Below the pieces are notes generated by a model that saw nothing but the letters and a program-made list of their open reading frames with translations, had not been told where the DNA came from and did no database searches. The translations under genes were made by a program, and so were the position numbers. From an uncultured delta proteobacterium (GTDB taxonomy: Bacteria; Desulfobacterota; Desulfobacteria; Desulfobacterales; QNYZ01): a stretch of 64,000 nt of DNA. How positions within the stretch are numbered: the stretch's first letter is position 1; every line of letters begins with the position of its first letter. The DNA lies in NCBI GenBank assembly GCA_963845145.1, contig CAWJQU010000002.1:192001-256000 (forward strand), read 5' to 3'. This document shows, one piece after another, positions 11,584 through 22,470 of this stretch.

Positions 11584-13011
11584 TTAAATCGGTAACCGTA
11601 AAACCGCCTGCACCCCACCTTCCGGCCGATTCATCAGGCGGATCTTTCCCCCATGGAGTTCGGCCACCTCTTTGACGAAGTTTAAACCAAGGCCGGTGCT
11701 TTTTTTACCTGTATCCGGGCGTTGCAGGGAAAAAAATTTCTCGAACATTTTTTCCTCTGCATATTCCGGAATCGAAGGTCCCTGATTTTCCACGGCAAAC
11801 ACAAGATGGGTACTTTCAATGCGAGTGGTTAAAACGATCTTTTCATTGGACGGGCTGAAATCAATGGCATTTTGTATGATATTGGCGATGGCCCGATGAA
11901 GTAAAAAAACGTCCCCGACAATGGTCACGTGATCGTCAACCAGATCCATGATGGTCAATTTCTTTTTGGACACCATCGGTGCTTTGCTCTCGATCACCGT
12001 TTTAACCAGGGGTTGAAAAGATATTTGTTCTTTCTGTTGCAACATCTTCTGATTCTCAAGCGCTGACAGTTCCAGCATATGGTCAATAATTTCTTGAATC
12101 CGACCGGCCTCGTTGCGAATATTACCCAAAAATCGGGCCTGCCGCTCGGGCGGCATGTCCTCTTTGAGAAGCTCGGCCGCGCCCCGAATCGCCGAAAGTG
12201 GGCTTTTAATCTCATGCGTCAATTTTTGGATGTACTGCTCCACATACTGCTTACCGGCCAACGCCTCGCGCATTTTTTCAAAGGCAAAGCCCATCTCGCC
12301 AATTTCTGTTCTATCCAGTTTCGGTAGGGCCACACGCCGGCCTTCGCGAATATCGTTGGCATAGCGGGTCAATCTTTTAATCGGACGCGTCATCCAGACC
12401 GCCATAAAAAAACTGAGCCCTATAGCGGTGATGGCGGCAATACTGCCAACTTTAATGATTTCCGGCTTGGCCTGTTCCAGAAAGTATTTAATATTCGTGG
12501 TCGGTTTGGCCACGGTCAGCACCCCTGCCAAGGTCTCATTAACGCAGATGGGCGCCGCTACGAAAAGAACTGAGGAAGTAGGATCATTAGGATCGGCCAG
12601 CGTGGTTCGGGCACCGTATTCGCCATTGAGCGTTTGGTGCACATCGCGCCAGCCGGAATAATCCGCCCCCCATTGACCTTTCCCCATGGAGTCGAAAATG
12701 ACAATTCCTTCCGGATCCGTAATGTAAATCCGCATATCGACATCGGTCTTGAGTAGTTTGTAAATTCTTGCCGACAGGGGTTTTTGGTATATACGCTGAT
12801 ACATGTCATAGAGTTGATCCTCATCGAACCGGCCGTTTTCCATCTCCACCGCCACGTTCGTCGCCAGGATATTGGCCTGGTCGACCAGCGGGTCTTCTAC
12901 CCCTTCCAGGTAACGGCTACGCAGTGTATCCCGCACCCAGTCGATGGGGTAGTAGAAGCAAACGGCAGATATGACAAAATAGCCTAAAAAGATGCGTAGC
13001 CCGAGTTTCAT
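11584..13011 (-). CDS. creC: Sensor histidine kinase CreC
   Basis: 'M.LGLRIFLGYF', 'DYS.WRDV..TL.GEYGAR.T', H-box 'THEIKSPL..I.GAAELL' and HATPase 'KSTGLGL'. Confidence 0.9.
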   Translation of the reverse strand: MKLGLRIFLGYFVISAVCFYYPIDWVRDTLRSRYLEGVEDPLVDQANILATNVAVEMENGRFDEDQLYDMYQRIYQKPLSARIYKLLKTDVDMRIYITDPEGIVIFDSMGKGQWGADYSGWRDVHQTLNGEYGARTTLADPNDPTSSVLFVAAPICVNETLAGVLTVAKPTTNIKYFLEQAKPEIIKVGSIAAITAIGLSFFMAVWMTRPIKRLTRYANDIREGRRVALPKLDRTEIGEMGFAFEKMREALAGKQYVEQYIQKLTHEIKSPLSAIRGAAELLKEDMPPERQARFLGNIRNEAGRIQEIIDHMLELSALENQKMLQQKEQISFQPLVKTVIESKAPMVSKKKLTIMDLVDDHVTIVGDVFLLHRAIANIIQNAIDFSPSNEKIVLTTRIESTHLVFAVENQGPSIPEYAEEKMFEKFFSLQRPDTGKKSTGLGLNFVKEVAELHGGKIRLMNRPEGGVQAVLRLPI

Positions 13012-13850
13012 AAATCCTCATTCAAGGCATATCCGGTGCCCCGGTGGGTAATAATTGGGTCGACATCCGGTTTGACGGTTTTTAGTTTGGCACGGAGATT
13101 TTTAATATGTGCATCCACCGTTCGATCCATGCTGGCCTCCGGCTCATCCCAGACAATATCCATCAGGCGCTCACGGGAAAAGACGTGTCCGGGGCGATCA
13201 ATGAACGTTTTCAGTATCTCATATTCATAGCGGGAAAGATCGAGAATCCGCCCGAAATAGCTGATCTGTCGCCGCGATGCATCAACGTTGAAGGCCTTGT
13301 CCGGGGCTGCATGACCGGTATTGGCCAGGTCGGGCGGGTGGGACTTTATCTGGTCGGGCGGGTGGGACTTTATCTGGCCGGGCGGGTGGGACTTTGTCTG
13401 GCCAGCCGGGCGGGACTTTAACCGGTCGGGCGTGTGGGACTTTACCGGGTCGGAGCGTCGTGTGTTTAACGGATCGGGTGACAATTCCCCCGTACGCCGC
13501 AAAACGGCCTTCACCCGGGCCGATAACTCCCTGGGGCTGAAGGGTTTAACAACGTAATCATCCCCACCGATTTCAAGCCCCACTACCCGGTCGACTTCAT
13601 CGGATCGGGCCGTCAGAAAGATGACCGGCGTCCGGTAGTTTTTTCGAATCTCCTTGCAGAGCTCAAACCCGCCGATATCCGGCAAGCCGATATCGAGTAC
13701 AATCAAATCGACGGTTTTTTCGGCCATCAGCGGAATTACCGGCATTCCGGCGTTGACGCAGATCGTATCGAAGCCTTCCGTCTCAAGGGCATATTGTATC
13801 GTATCCGCTATCGCCGGTTCATCTTCAACGATCAGGACTGTGGGTTTCAT
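13008..13850 (-). CDS. creB: OmpR-family response regulator CreB, with a tandem-repeat linker insertion
   Basis: Receiver 'LIVEDEPAIADT', 'KPFSPREL.ARV', winged helix 'DRTVDAHIKNLRAKL...THRGTGY'; adjacent to creC. Confidence 0.88.
   Translation of the reverse strand: MKPTVLIVEDEPAIADTIQYALETEGFDTICVNAGMPVIPLMAEKTVDLIVLDIGLPDIGGFELCKEIRKNYRTPVIFLTARSDEVDRVVGLEIGGDDYVVKPFSPRELSARVKAVLRRTGELSPDPLNTRRSDPVKSHTPDRLKSRPAGQTKSHPPGQIKSHPPDQIKSHPPDLANTGHAAPDKAFNVDASRRQISYFGRILDLSRYEYEILKTFIDRPGHVFSRERLMDIVWDEPEASMDRTVDAHIKNLRAKLKTVKPDVDPIITHRGTGYALNEDL
13326..13480. repeat. In-frame 24-bp tandem repeat (about 6 copies, KSHPPDQI-like) in the creB interdomain linker
   Basis: Repeated ggtcgggcgggtgggactttatct units with progressive degeneration. 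Confidence 0.9.
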
Positions 13851-13948
13851 CGATTATACTCCTTCACGGCTATACGACGTGTCACCCGGAGGGTCCCTTT
13901 CTGCATACAAAACAGTCCTCCTCCGGGGGTTGTTTTTAACCTAACTTT

Positions 13949-14836
13949 TTATCTGGTTTTAATCTGGCTGAAAGCCCTTTGTAGCAGATCAATCCCTAAA
14001 AAAACAATCACGCCGGCAGTGAATATCATAACGCTATGCTCAATAAATCGTCGTGTACCGATCGAAGCAGCCCCATTGATCACCGGAACCCCTATGGTCA
14101 TAGCCATATACCACATCAAGGGGATCAGAGCGTTTTTATTATTTTTTAATATCACGGGTCGCCATTTTCCGGCATTGTTTTTGGCCTGGTTTTTGACCTT
14201 GTTTTTGACCTGGTTTTTAAACAGGGTTTTGAACCGAATTTTAAACCCAGTTTTAAACCCTACTTTAAACCCCACTTTAAACCCCGCTTTAAACCGGGTA
14301 AGGAGTACAAAAAACCCACACAATAAGAACAGGTAGATCACAATCCCGGCCAAGCGGTGCACCCTCGCGGGTGTCACCCAGGGACCATAAAAATCGACCT
14401 GATACAGACCGGTCGCAATCACGATCCTGATCGTGTTGGCGATAAGGGTTAAAAGATAAGCCGATACGGCGCTGAACCCCAGCCAGGATAACCCGCCTTT
14501 AATCGTTTGGGATAAAGGCAAAACCGTAAATCCGGTCATGCAAAAGGCAATGATCATAAAATTGACACCGGCACAACCGGGGGCAATGATGATTCGCCTG
14601 GAATAATCGACGAAGCCGGTAGCGGATTCATAAACGAAACTGGACGCACTAACCCATTCAACCATTCGCGCCACCGGCCATAATATCCAGGTTAGCTCAT
14701 CGCTGCCGACCCGGCTGTAGTACGATTTTAGCGCCCAGGCCGCGGCCAGAAGGATCAGGTAGGGCATCATTTTCATCATCCAGCGGGCGATGGCTTGATA
14801 TCGCCCCTGATCCGCTGCAGACAATTTTTTTTGCAT
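13949..14836 (-). CDS. xrtK: Exosortase K-type integral membrane transpeptidase
   Basis: Multi-TM protein with exosortase catalytic residues Cys (APGCAGVNF), Arg (ANTIRI) and His (RVHRLAG), and an 'LK.YYS....EL.WIL.P' N-terminus; lies directly downstream of a PEP-CTERM protein. Confidence 0.75.
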   Translation of the reverse strand: MQKKLSAADQGRYQAIARWMMKMMPYLILLAAAWALKSYYSRVGSDELTWILWPVARMVEWVSASSFVYESATGFVDYSRRIIIAPGCAGVNFMIIAFCMTGFTVLPLSQTIKGGLSWLGFSAVSAYLLTLIANTIRIVIATGLYQVDFYGPWVTPARVHRLAGIVIYLFLLCGFFVLLTRFKAGFKVGFKVGFKTGFKIRFKTLFKNQVKNKVKNQAKNNAGKWRPVILKNNKNALIPLMWYMAMTIGVPVINGAASIGTRRFIEHSVMIFTAGVIVFLGIDLLQRAFSQIKTR

Positions 14837-14838
14837 TT

Positions 14839-16919
14839 TTATACCTTCTTTTTTTGGGAATAGTGATACCCGTAACGGACCGCCAGCAAACCCACCAGGG
14901 TCAGAACGATCAGGTAAAACTCAGGTTCCGGAACGTTGGCCATGGCGCCGCCCACAGCCAGATTGGAGACATGCAGCGGAAGCGGCAGGGGTTGTTTGAC
15001 ATCCTGGCTCTTCGCCTCCGGATTTCGCACCACCTCATGCACAGCCACAAACGAGGTGAATGGTGTCAAAAGGTTATACGTCAAACCCAAGCTGGTGATT
15101 TCGGCCTGGCTTTCGCTGTGACCGTTTTGAAAATTAAAATCGGTCAAAAGCGAGATCCGTTTGCGGGCCCAAAGGTAACGCAACGCATGATTCGCCTTCC
15201 CGGGCTCGGTTTCGGCGACTTGAAATGTTTTTTCATATGCACCCGAGCCGTTCGTGCCCTTAAGTGTGACCGTGCCGGTGGGTTGTCCCCGCCATTTCCC
15301 GTATAAAAGGATCGGCCTTTGGGCAAACAGGTCCGGAATGGCGGCCGGCTCAACAGCATAGGCCTCGAAGCCCTCGAACGCCACCTGGATGCCGGTCAAT
15401 ACCGGTGCGGCGATATATTGGCGAAATTGTGCCGCTTTTTCTGGTGCCTGATGGGGATCAACGACGATAAACGGCTCACCCAGACCGGCTTTGGCCAAAC
15501 CTTCGATGAGGTAGCGATTGACACTGCTGCCGATTCCGAAAGCAAACACATTGGTACGATTCAAATTGGATCGAATCAGTGCAAAGGCTTCTTTTTCAGC
15601 GGAGATGTACCCATCGGTCACAACCACCATCGTTCGTGAAAACCCCTCACTTTTGGGCAGGGCCAATCCTTTTTTAAGGGCGGACGCAAGCTCGGTGCCA
15701 CCGCCCCCATTTTGACGATCCAGGGTTTGAATGGCGGCTTTAACATTTGCAGAAGTGGCGGCAACGGAAACTGGCGCCATCACTTTGGCCGCCCCGGCAA
15801 ACAAAATGAGATTGAATCGATCGGTTGCATTCAAATTCCCGATCAAGTCACGCAGTAGTTTTTTTGCGGTGTTTAAAGGAAAACCATTCATGGAGCCGGA
15901 CACATCCACCACAAAAATATACTCCCTGGGCGGAAGGTGCTCCGGCATGACGCGCTCGGGCGGTTCAACCATCAGAAGGAAAAAGTTTTCATCCTTTCCC
16001 TCGGAAAGCATCAGGCCGGATTGGATCTCCCGCCCCGCCAACCGGTAATGGAGTATAAAATCGCGATTACCGCCCGCATGTTCGGTATCCGCCAGCATGA
16101 CCCGGGCCATACGGTCGCCTTCCCATGTGGTGTCGGTCTGATGGGTCGTGCAGACGACTTCCTTTAGGGGAATGCCGGTGGAGAGATTCACTTCAATATG
16201 AAATTTCGTCGGACTCGCTTGTTTTTCCTGGAGATAGGGATTTTTAATCCATTGATCGGATTCCGATGCCGTCTTTTCAGGCACGCCGGCATAACGCGGC
16301 CCAACGACCGTGGGATAGACGAATTCATAAGTCCCCGCGGTAGGGACCAGTAGTTCAGTGAACTTGAGCTCCACATCCACCCGATCACCAGGCATAATAT
16401 TGGCCACATTCATACTAAACACATTAGGGCGCTGTTGCTGTAACAAAGAGGCGCTTTTGCCGGCCTTTTTGGCGGCGGTGAACGTTTCTTCCGCCTTCTT
16501 TTTTTCTTTTATTTTGGCGGAAATCACCTGATCGCCGATGATCATGTTCATCCCATGAACCGCAGCCCGGGTGGATGCCGGAAAAATATAACGGGCGTTT
16601 ATCGGTTCGGTCCCTTTGTTCTCGTAAATCTGGTTGACAATCACGTCGGCAATCACACCGGTGACGTTTACGGTGACACGGGTGTGTTTAAGCGGAAAAT
16701 GGTCAAGATTACCCCCCTCGCCTTGAATAAAAAAATAGGGTGACAGGGTTCGGTCTTCACCCTCAACCGTATCGGCCAAGATCGGCATTGCCGTCAAAAC
16801 GATGATCGTTACAATCCAGGCCATCCAATTCATCCCCATCCTAACAATCCGTTTTTCAATCCCATCCTAACCGATCCCATTTTAATCAATCCCAACCTAA
16901 CCGATCTGTGTTTCGCCAT
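14839..16919 (-). CDS. VIT (vault protein inter-alpha-trypsin) + vWA domain protein with a C-terminal PEP-CTERM sorting signal
   Basis: VIT domain 'PLK.T.V.V...GVIADV.V.Q.Y.N', MIDAS 'DVSGSM' and C-terminal 'VPEP' + TM helix + basic tail. ORF track start is 16839; an ATG at 16919 with a GGAGG RBS is one base out of frame (probable homopolymer indel). Confidence 0.88.
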
Positions 16920-16992
16920 GGTACCCTCCCATTTGCGTGTAAGTTAAAAAAGTCGGTGATGCTTGCGTTGAAAGATAACCTAAACCTTCATA

Positions 16993-17030
16993 TTGAAGGC
17001 ATGATGAACTTCGTGTGAAAAATGGGTGAA
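16993..17030 (-). promoter_or_regulatory. cre-tag array (putative CreB binding site)
   Basis: Minus strand TTCAC-N6-TTCAC-N6-TTCAT-N6-TTCAA with an exact 11-bp period, upstream of the VIT-xrtK-creBC operon. Confidence 0.75.
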
Positions 17031-17126
17031 AAAAGACAATGGGAGATCCATGGGGAGGTCATTGTTTGGATTTACGGGAAGCACCGTAAAAATAGACTTG
17101 ATGAATACCGGAGGGGTTTGATAGGG

Positions 17127-17876
17127 ATGCAGGTAATGCAATCCCCCGATCAATCACCCAACAAAAAAACAATCCTGATTATAGAGGATGATGCCAATAC
17201 ATCCGCATTGATTGCCCTATACCTCGAGCGCGAGGGCTTTCGTGCCGAGACTGCCGAAGATGGCCAGGCCGGGCTGGATTTGGCAAAACAATTGCGGCCC
17301 GATCTGGTCGTTTTGGACCTCATGCTGCCCAAGATTGACGGTTGGGAAGTTTGCCGCCGGCTGCAACAAAATGAGGAAGTCCCGGTCATCATGTTGACCG
17401 CCCGGGGTGAAGAGATCGATCGCGTGGCCGGGCTCACACTCGGTGCCGATGATTACGTGGTAAAACCCTTTAGCCCGCGTGAACTGGTGGCCCGCGTCAA
17501 GGCGGTTTTGCGTCGCACGGAAGCGTCACCCGCTGCCGAACGCCCCATTCTATCGCGGGGGGATGTCTTCCTCGACTTGGAAAAACGCCGTCTGCTGGTG
17601 GAACAACGGCCCGTCCCCGTAACACCACATGAATACAATTTGCTAAAGGCGCTCATGCAACGACCCGGGCGCATTTTTACCCGGGATGAATTGTTGGAAA
17701 AATTATACCCCCGGGGGGAAGCGGTTGTGATCGACCGCGTGGTGGATGTCCATATCGGAAAATTGCGGCAGAAAATCGAACCGGACCCCGGCCAACCGGT
17801 ACATATTTTAACGGTTCGGGGAGTCGGCTACCAGTTCAACGATGCGCCGTTTAAAAAAGAGGATATCGAATATTGA
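17127..17876 (+). CDS. OmpR/PhoB-family response regulator
   Basis: 'ILIIEDD', 'LDLMLP', 'KPFSPREL.ARV', 'DRVVDVHIGKLRQKIE...TVRGVGY'. Start moved from 17022 to 17127. Confidence 0.9.
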   Translation: MQVMQSPDQSPNKKTILIIEDDANTSALIALYLEREGFRAETAEDGQAGLDLAKQLRPDLVVLDLMLPKIDGWEVCRRLQQNEEVPVIMLTARGEEIDRVAGLTLGADDYVVKPFSPRELVARVKAVLRRTEASPAAERPILSRGDVFLDLEKRRLLVEQRPVPVTPHEYNLLKALMQRPGRIFTRDELLEKLYPRGEAVVIDRVVDVHIGKLRQKIEPDPGQPVHILTVRGVGYQFNDAPFKKEDIEY

Positions 17877-17949
17877 ACAAGGAATTTCGAATAATGATCT
17901 TATCACCTTCCTTCGACATTCAACATTCCTTGTTCGATATTCGATATTC
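17862..17949. repeat. REP-like palindromic element between regulator and kinase
   Basis: gatatcgaatattgaacaaggaat ... attccttgttcgatattcgatatt: 24-bp inverted repeat with 2 mismatches. Confidence 0.75.
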
Positions 17950-18047
17950 AAAAAAATGGCCCCATGGAATGGGTCAATATGGAATGGATCAATGCGAATA
18001 AACCCAACCCATTCTCCTATATTCCCTGGGCGAAAAAGGTAACGCCC

Positions 18048-19136
18048 GTGAGATCCTACCTCATCCTCAAGCTGCTCGCCATTCATCTGGCTGTCATCGG
18101 TTTCGTGATGGTTATCGTCTGGATCTCTATCGACACCCTGGCTGCCGGTTATTTTGTGACGTTGATGGAAAAGTACCACATCTCGCCTCAGCCGGCGCAC
18201 ACCATGTTTGTCAGTGCCATTCACCGCTATCTGTTCTGGACCTTTATCGGTGCCATGATTCTGGCGATAGTGCTTAGTTATTTTCTCATGCGAAAAGTGC
18301 TCGCACCCCTCACGCAAATGAATACCATCACCCGACAGGTGGCTGCGGGAGATTTTTCAGCACGCGTACCGGTGTACACCAAAGATGAGGTGGGACAGCT
18401 GGCGACCGCCTTTAATCAAATGGCCAAAAGCCTGGAAGCGATCGAAAGTCTGCGCCGAACACTGATGATTGATGTTGCCCATGAACTCAGGACGCCGTTA
18501 ACCAACATTCGCGGCTACCTGGAAGCCTTAAACGACCGGGTCCTCCCCCCTTCCGCCCAGACCATTGCCCTGCTTCAGGATGAAACCCTGCGCCTGGTTC
18601 AGTTAGTGGAAGACGTGTTGCAACTGGCCCGCGCCGACGCCGCCCATGGCCATCTCAAGCTTGAACGCGTCGATATAAAAGCAATGGTCGCCGAAGCTGC
18701 CAAGGGGGTTTTCCCCCAACTGGCACGGCGTTCCCTTGAACTCAAAACCCATTTTCCCAATGAAAAGGTGGTGGTGGAAATGGATAGGGTCCGGATCGCT
18801 CGCGTTTTGAAAAACCTCTTTGACAACGCCATCCGCTATGCGCCCGAAAATGACGTTATCAAGGTCCGCATCACCCCTTACGCCCAAACCGTTAAAGTTG
18901 AATACATCAATAAGAACGTCGATTTAAGCCCCAAAGACCTCCCAATACTCTTCGAACGATTCTATCGTGGGGAAAAATCCCGCTCGCGTGAACACGGGGG
19001 TGCCGGTATTGGGCTGGCAATTGTTAAGGAAATCATTGATGCCCATTCGGGCCGTATTGCGGCCGAACTCAAAAACGGCCATTTTCATATCTGGTTTGAA
19101 TTGCCCACCACAGTCCCCGAAGCCGACCGGAAATAG
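18048..19136 (+). CDS. HAMP-domain sensor histidine kinase (BaeS-like)
   Basis: Two TM helices, HAMP 'DEVGQLA.AFN.MA', H-box 'AHELRTPL' and 'FERFYR.EKSRSR..GGAGIGLAIV'. Probable GTG start at 18048 (ORF track starts at 17964). Confidence 0.9.
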   Translation: MRSYLILKLLAIHLAVIGFVMVIVWISIDTLAAGYFVTLMEKYHISPQPAHTMFVSAIHRYLFWTFIGAMILAIVLSYFLMRKVLAPLTQMNTITRQVAAGDFSARVPVYTKDEVGQLATAFNQMAKSLEAIESLRRTLMIDVAHELRTPLTNIRGYLEALNDRVLPPSAQTIALLQDETLRLVQLVEDVLQLARADAAHGHLKLERVDIKAMVAEAAKGVFPQLARRSLELKTHFPNEKVVVEMDRVRIARVLKNLFDNAIRYAPENDVIKVRITPYAQTVKVEYINKNVDLSPKDLPILFERFYRGEKSRSREHGGAGIGLAIVKEIIDAHSGRIAAELKNGHFHIWFELPTTVPEADRK

Positions 19137-19193
19137 ACTGGAATTTAACCGGAAATCGAATTAATCCCCCACCGAAAACCTCGCGACCATAAT

Positions 19194-19232
19194 CTTTACC
19201 CAATCTTTACATTCCCTTTACTAAAGCTTTAA
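19194..19232. promoter_or_regulatory. Direct-repeat array upstream of msrA (putative OmpR-family binding site)
   Basis: CTTTAC at 19194, 19205 and 19216, and CTTTAA at 19227: exact 11-bp period. Confidence 0.6.
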
Positions 19233-19420
19233 TCGCTCGCCTTATATTTTAGCTGTCCGTAAAGTGTTGGGGAAGTGCCGGGCTGAACATGCCAAAGCGA
19301 ATACCGCCCGACTTGACCAAAAAGATCTTTGCAAAATGGGTAAGGCCTTTTCAAAACGAACAAGGCCTTTACAAAACGGGGTCCGTATCTATTTTATTAA
19401 TAATTAAGGAGGGTTTTCAA

Positions 19421-20143
19421 ATGAAGTCACTCATGATTGCCATAATGGTAATAGCAGCCATTTTTATTGGCGTATACACGGGGAATAGCATGGATAAAAA
19501 AAAGGACAAAACAATGATGGACAAGCCCGAACAGACGGCCTCCGCTGTTTTTGCCGGAGGTTGTTTCTGGTGCACAGAGTCCGACTTTGAAAAGGTCGAC
19601 GGTGTTCTCGAGGCCGTTTCCGGTTATACGGGAGGCGAAGAGAAGAATCCTACGTATCAAGAGGTTTCGGCGGGCCAAACCGGGCATCTGGAGGCCGTGA
19701 AGGTCGTGTACGACCCCTCCCGAATTGGTTATAAAGAATTGCTTGATATTTTTTGGCGTCATGTCGACCCCACGGATCCCGGAGGCCAGTTCGTCGATCG
19801 GGGTGCGCAATATCGCAGTGCCGTTTTTTATGACAGTGAAGAAGAGCAGCGACTGGCCGAGGAAGCCAAAGCAGACCTCGAAGCTTCCGGTAAATTTAAC
19901 AAGCCCATTGCCACCCAGATCCTGCCGCTGGGCCCGTTTTATCCGGCCGAGAACTATCACCAGGATTACTACAAAAACAATCCGCTTCGCTACCGCTGGT
20001 ATCGCTCCGGGTCCGGAAGGGATCAATTCCTGGAAAAAAACTGGCCCGACAGTAATATAAAGCTGGACAGTAATATAAAGCAGGACAGTAAAAAAAAGCC
20101 AGACAGCAAAAAAATAATGGGGCAAAAAAGAACCGATGAATGA
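19421..20143 (+). CDS. msrA: Peptide-methionine (S)-S-oxide reductase with N-terminal signal/anchor
   Basis: 'FAGGCFWC', 'SGYTGG', 'GQFVDRG.QY', 'FYPAE.YHQDYY'; AAGGAGG RBS before ATG 19421. Confidence 0.93.
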   Translation: MKSLMIAIMVIAAIFIGVYTGNSMDKKKDKTMMDKPEQTASAVFAGGCFWCTESDFEKVDGVLEAVSGYTGGEEKNPTYQEVSAGQTGHLEAVKVVYDPSRIGYKELLDIFWRHVDPTDPGGQFVDRGAQYRSAVFYDSEEEQRLAEEAKADLEASGKFNKPIATQILPLGPFYPAENYHQDYYKNNPLRYRWYRSGSGRDQFLEKNWPDSNIKLDSNIKQDSKKKPDSKKIMGQKRTDE

Positions 20144-20619
20144 TCATAAAACAATGGAAAAAGATGATCCAAACCAAAGCCATGAACCCAATCCCGACAG
20201 ATGAGGAGTTACGCGATTCGCTAACGCCGATCCAATACAAGGTGACACGGAAAAACGGGACGGAACCGCCCTTTGACAACACCTATTGGCAAAACCACGA
20301 TGACGGCATCTATGTCGATATCATCTCGGGAGAACCGCTTTTCAGCTCCAAGGATAAATTCGAATCGGGAACGGGTTGGCCCAGCTTTATACGGCCGCTG
20401 GAAAGCCAAAATGTTGTGGAAAAGAGCGATACCTCCTTTTTCATGGTCCGCACAGAGGTGCGCAGTAAACATGCCGACTCCCACCTGGGACACCTTTTTC
20501 CCGATGGCCCCGCCCCCACGGGACTGCGCTACTGCATTAATTCAGCGGCATTACGATTTGTCCCCGTCAACGCACTAGAAAAAGAGGGGTATGGAAAGTA
20601 CCGGAAACTTTTTGAATAA
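20140..20619 (+). CDS. msrB: Peptide-methionine (R)-S-oxide reductase (possibly the C-terminal half of a fused MsrAB)
   Basis: 'GTE.PF', '[10 protein letters not shown]', '[22 protein letters not shown]'. Confidence 0.93.
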   Translation: MIIKQWKKMIQTKAMNPIPTDEELRDSLTPIQYKVTRKNGTEPPFDNTYWQNHDDGIYVDIISGEPLFSSKDKFESGTGWPSFIRPLESQNVVEKSDTSFFMVRTEVRSKHADSHLGHLFPDGPAPTGLRYCINSAALRFVPVNALEKEGYGKYRKLFE

Positions 20620-20713
20620 TCGGCTGAATGTCCAATTTGGGCTGACGCCCTTATCAAAGGAGCAGAACAATGAAATCATTGTTGGGGATTATCATTCTCA
20701 TAAGGAGGATAAA

Positions 20714-21271
20714 ATGACTAAAATCGTCGGTATCTCAGGAAGTTTGCGAAAAGAATCTTTTAATGCCGGTCTATTACGTGCCGCCGCTGAATATGCACCG
20801 GAAGGGTGTACCGTTTCAGTCAATTCCATTCAGGGTATCCCCCTGTACGATGCCAACGTTGAAGAAACGGAGGGAATCCCCCCCAAAGTATCTGAATTAA
20901 AAAATGAAATCGCCGCCGGTGATGGTCTTCTACTGGTAACCCCCGAGTACAACAACTCCATGCCGGGCGTCTTTAAAAACGCCATCGATTGGATAAGCCG
21001 CCCCCCTGAAGATCAGCGCCGGATATTTTCGGGTCGCCCGGTTGGGTTGATTGGCGCCACACCGGGAGGATTTGGTACCGCTTTTTCACAATATGCCTGG
21101 ATGCCGACCTTGCGCGTTCTCAGCACTCAGGTCTGGTCCGGTCGGCTGCTCTGGGTCAGCTCGGCCTCGGGTAAATTCGACAAAGAAGGCAACCTCACCG
21201 ACCCGGCCGTTATCTCCCAGGTAAAAAAATATATGGCCGGTTTTGCGGCGTTTGTCTCTGGATTTAAATAG
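20714..21271 (+). CDS. NADPH-dependent FMN reductase (ChrR/SsuE-like)
   Basis: 'ISGSLRKESFN', 'VTPEYN.S.PG..KNAIDW.SR'; AAGGAGG RBS before 20714. Confidence 0.9.
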   Translation: MTKIVGISGSLRKESFNAGLLRAAAEYAPEGCTVSVNSIQGIPLYDANVEETEGIPPKVSELKNEIAAGDGLLLVTPEYNNSMPGVFKNAIDWISRPPEDQRRIFSGRPVGLIGATPGGFGTAFSQYAWMPTLRVLSTQVWSGRLLWVSSASGKFDKEGNLTDPAVISQVKKYMAGFAAFVSGFK

Positions 21272-21294
21272 CCCCTGGTTATGGGTCTAACAGG

Positions 21295-22129
21295 CTATGG
21301 GTCTAACAGGCTCTGATATTTATCAGGACGGCGGTCTTCAAAAAGGTTATTCTGCGTGGTGAGTTGTTTGTCCCTGGCCCGCGACACGTCGATTTCCACA
21401 ACGGATAGACATTCCTCTTGGGGTTTTGCCGTACAAAGACGCTTTCCCAGTGGATCGGTTATTTGGCTCTGGCCGGTGAAGGTCAATTCGCCCTGGGGCC
21501 TCGACTCGGTTCCGTATCGATTGGCGGTTACGGTAAATACACCGTTTTCCAAGGCACGTATGCACATGGCCTGTTGGCAATGGGTCAGCACCAGGTTGGA
21601 CGGATGGCAGATAATATCAGCACCTTTTAATGCCAGAATACGGGCCACTTCGGGAAACGCCCAATCAAAGCAAATCATCATGCCAACGCGCACATCACCG
21701 ACCAAAGAGACCGTCAAGGACGTATCGCCGGGATCGAAATAATTTTTCTCCGTATTGAAGAGGTGTAATTTACGATAGGTGTGAATCACTTTTTCAGGGC
21801 CGATCAAAAGTGCACTATTGAACACCTGGTCGATTTTTGCCTGGTCGACCGTTTCCCGGCCGACCGTTTTTTCCGCAAAGCCGGTAACGAGATGAAGATG
21901 CTGACGGCGGCAAAGACGTTGCAACGCATCGATCGTAGGGGATCCGTTGATCGGTCTCCGCCAAACCTGCCAGTTCTCTGCGATCTTTAAAAAAATAACC
22001 GGTAAAAGGCAATTCCGGCAATACAATGATGTCCGCCCGAACCCCTTCTAAAGCCGTGAGAACCGTTTCGAGATTCTTGCGGATTCGCCCGAACTCAGGG
22101 TTGAATTGAAAAAAACCGACTTTAAACAT
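21295..22129 (-). CDS. Carbon-nitrogen hydrolase (nitrilase superfamily); apparent frameshift near 21950
   Basis: 'VLPEL..TGY' in ORF 21815..22129 and 'YRK.HLF..E', 'MICFDW.FPE' in ORF 21295..22026 together give the E-K-C triad. Confidence 0.88.
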
Positions 22130-22137
22130 GGCCGTGC

Positions 22138-22443
22138 CTAAAGGCTTAAATACAGAAAGATAAATTCACCCTCGTTAATATTAACGGCCATATCGGCCCC
22201 CCGCGATTCCGCGAAAACGATCCAAACCGGTTTGTCCCGGGAACCACATTCCACCTTGGGAAAATAATCGCCGGTTTTACCGTTATACCAGGATAGTAAC
22301 ATGGGATCCTCGGTCAGCTCTTTGGCTTTCGCTTTGGCGATATCCTTGGCATGGGTAAAATCAAGATTCTCCTGGTCAACCGCCACGTGAATGTGATTGC
22401 CCCAAAACCCCTCCAGATTATATCGATTGGCTGAATTCAACAT
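22138..22443 (-). CDS. AF1514/DUF5619-like small protein
   Basis: 'PMLLSWY...TG..FP.VEC....KP.W..FAESRG.D..V.IN.GE..F' resembles this family as recalled. Confidence 0.6.
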   Translation of the reverse strand: MLNSANRYNLEGFWGNHIHVAVDQENLDFTHAKDIAKAKAKELTEDPMLLSWYNGKTGDYFPKVECGSRDKPVWIVFAESRGADMAVNINEGEFIFLYLSL

Positions 22444-22470
22444 CCTATCTACCTCATCGTCTATCGATCA

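Noticed and set aside
13326..13480. Repeat array as a possible CRISPR
   Set aside because: Units are contiguous with no unique spacers, are in frame within creB, and there are no cas genes.
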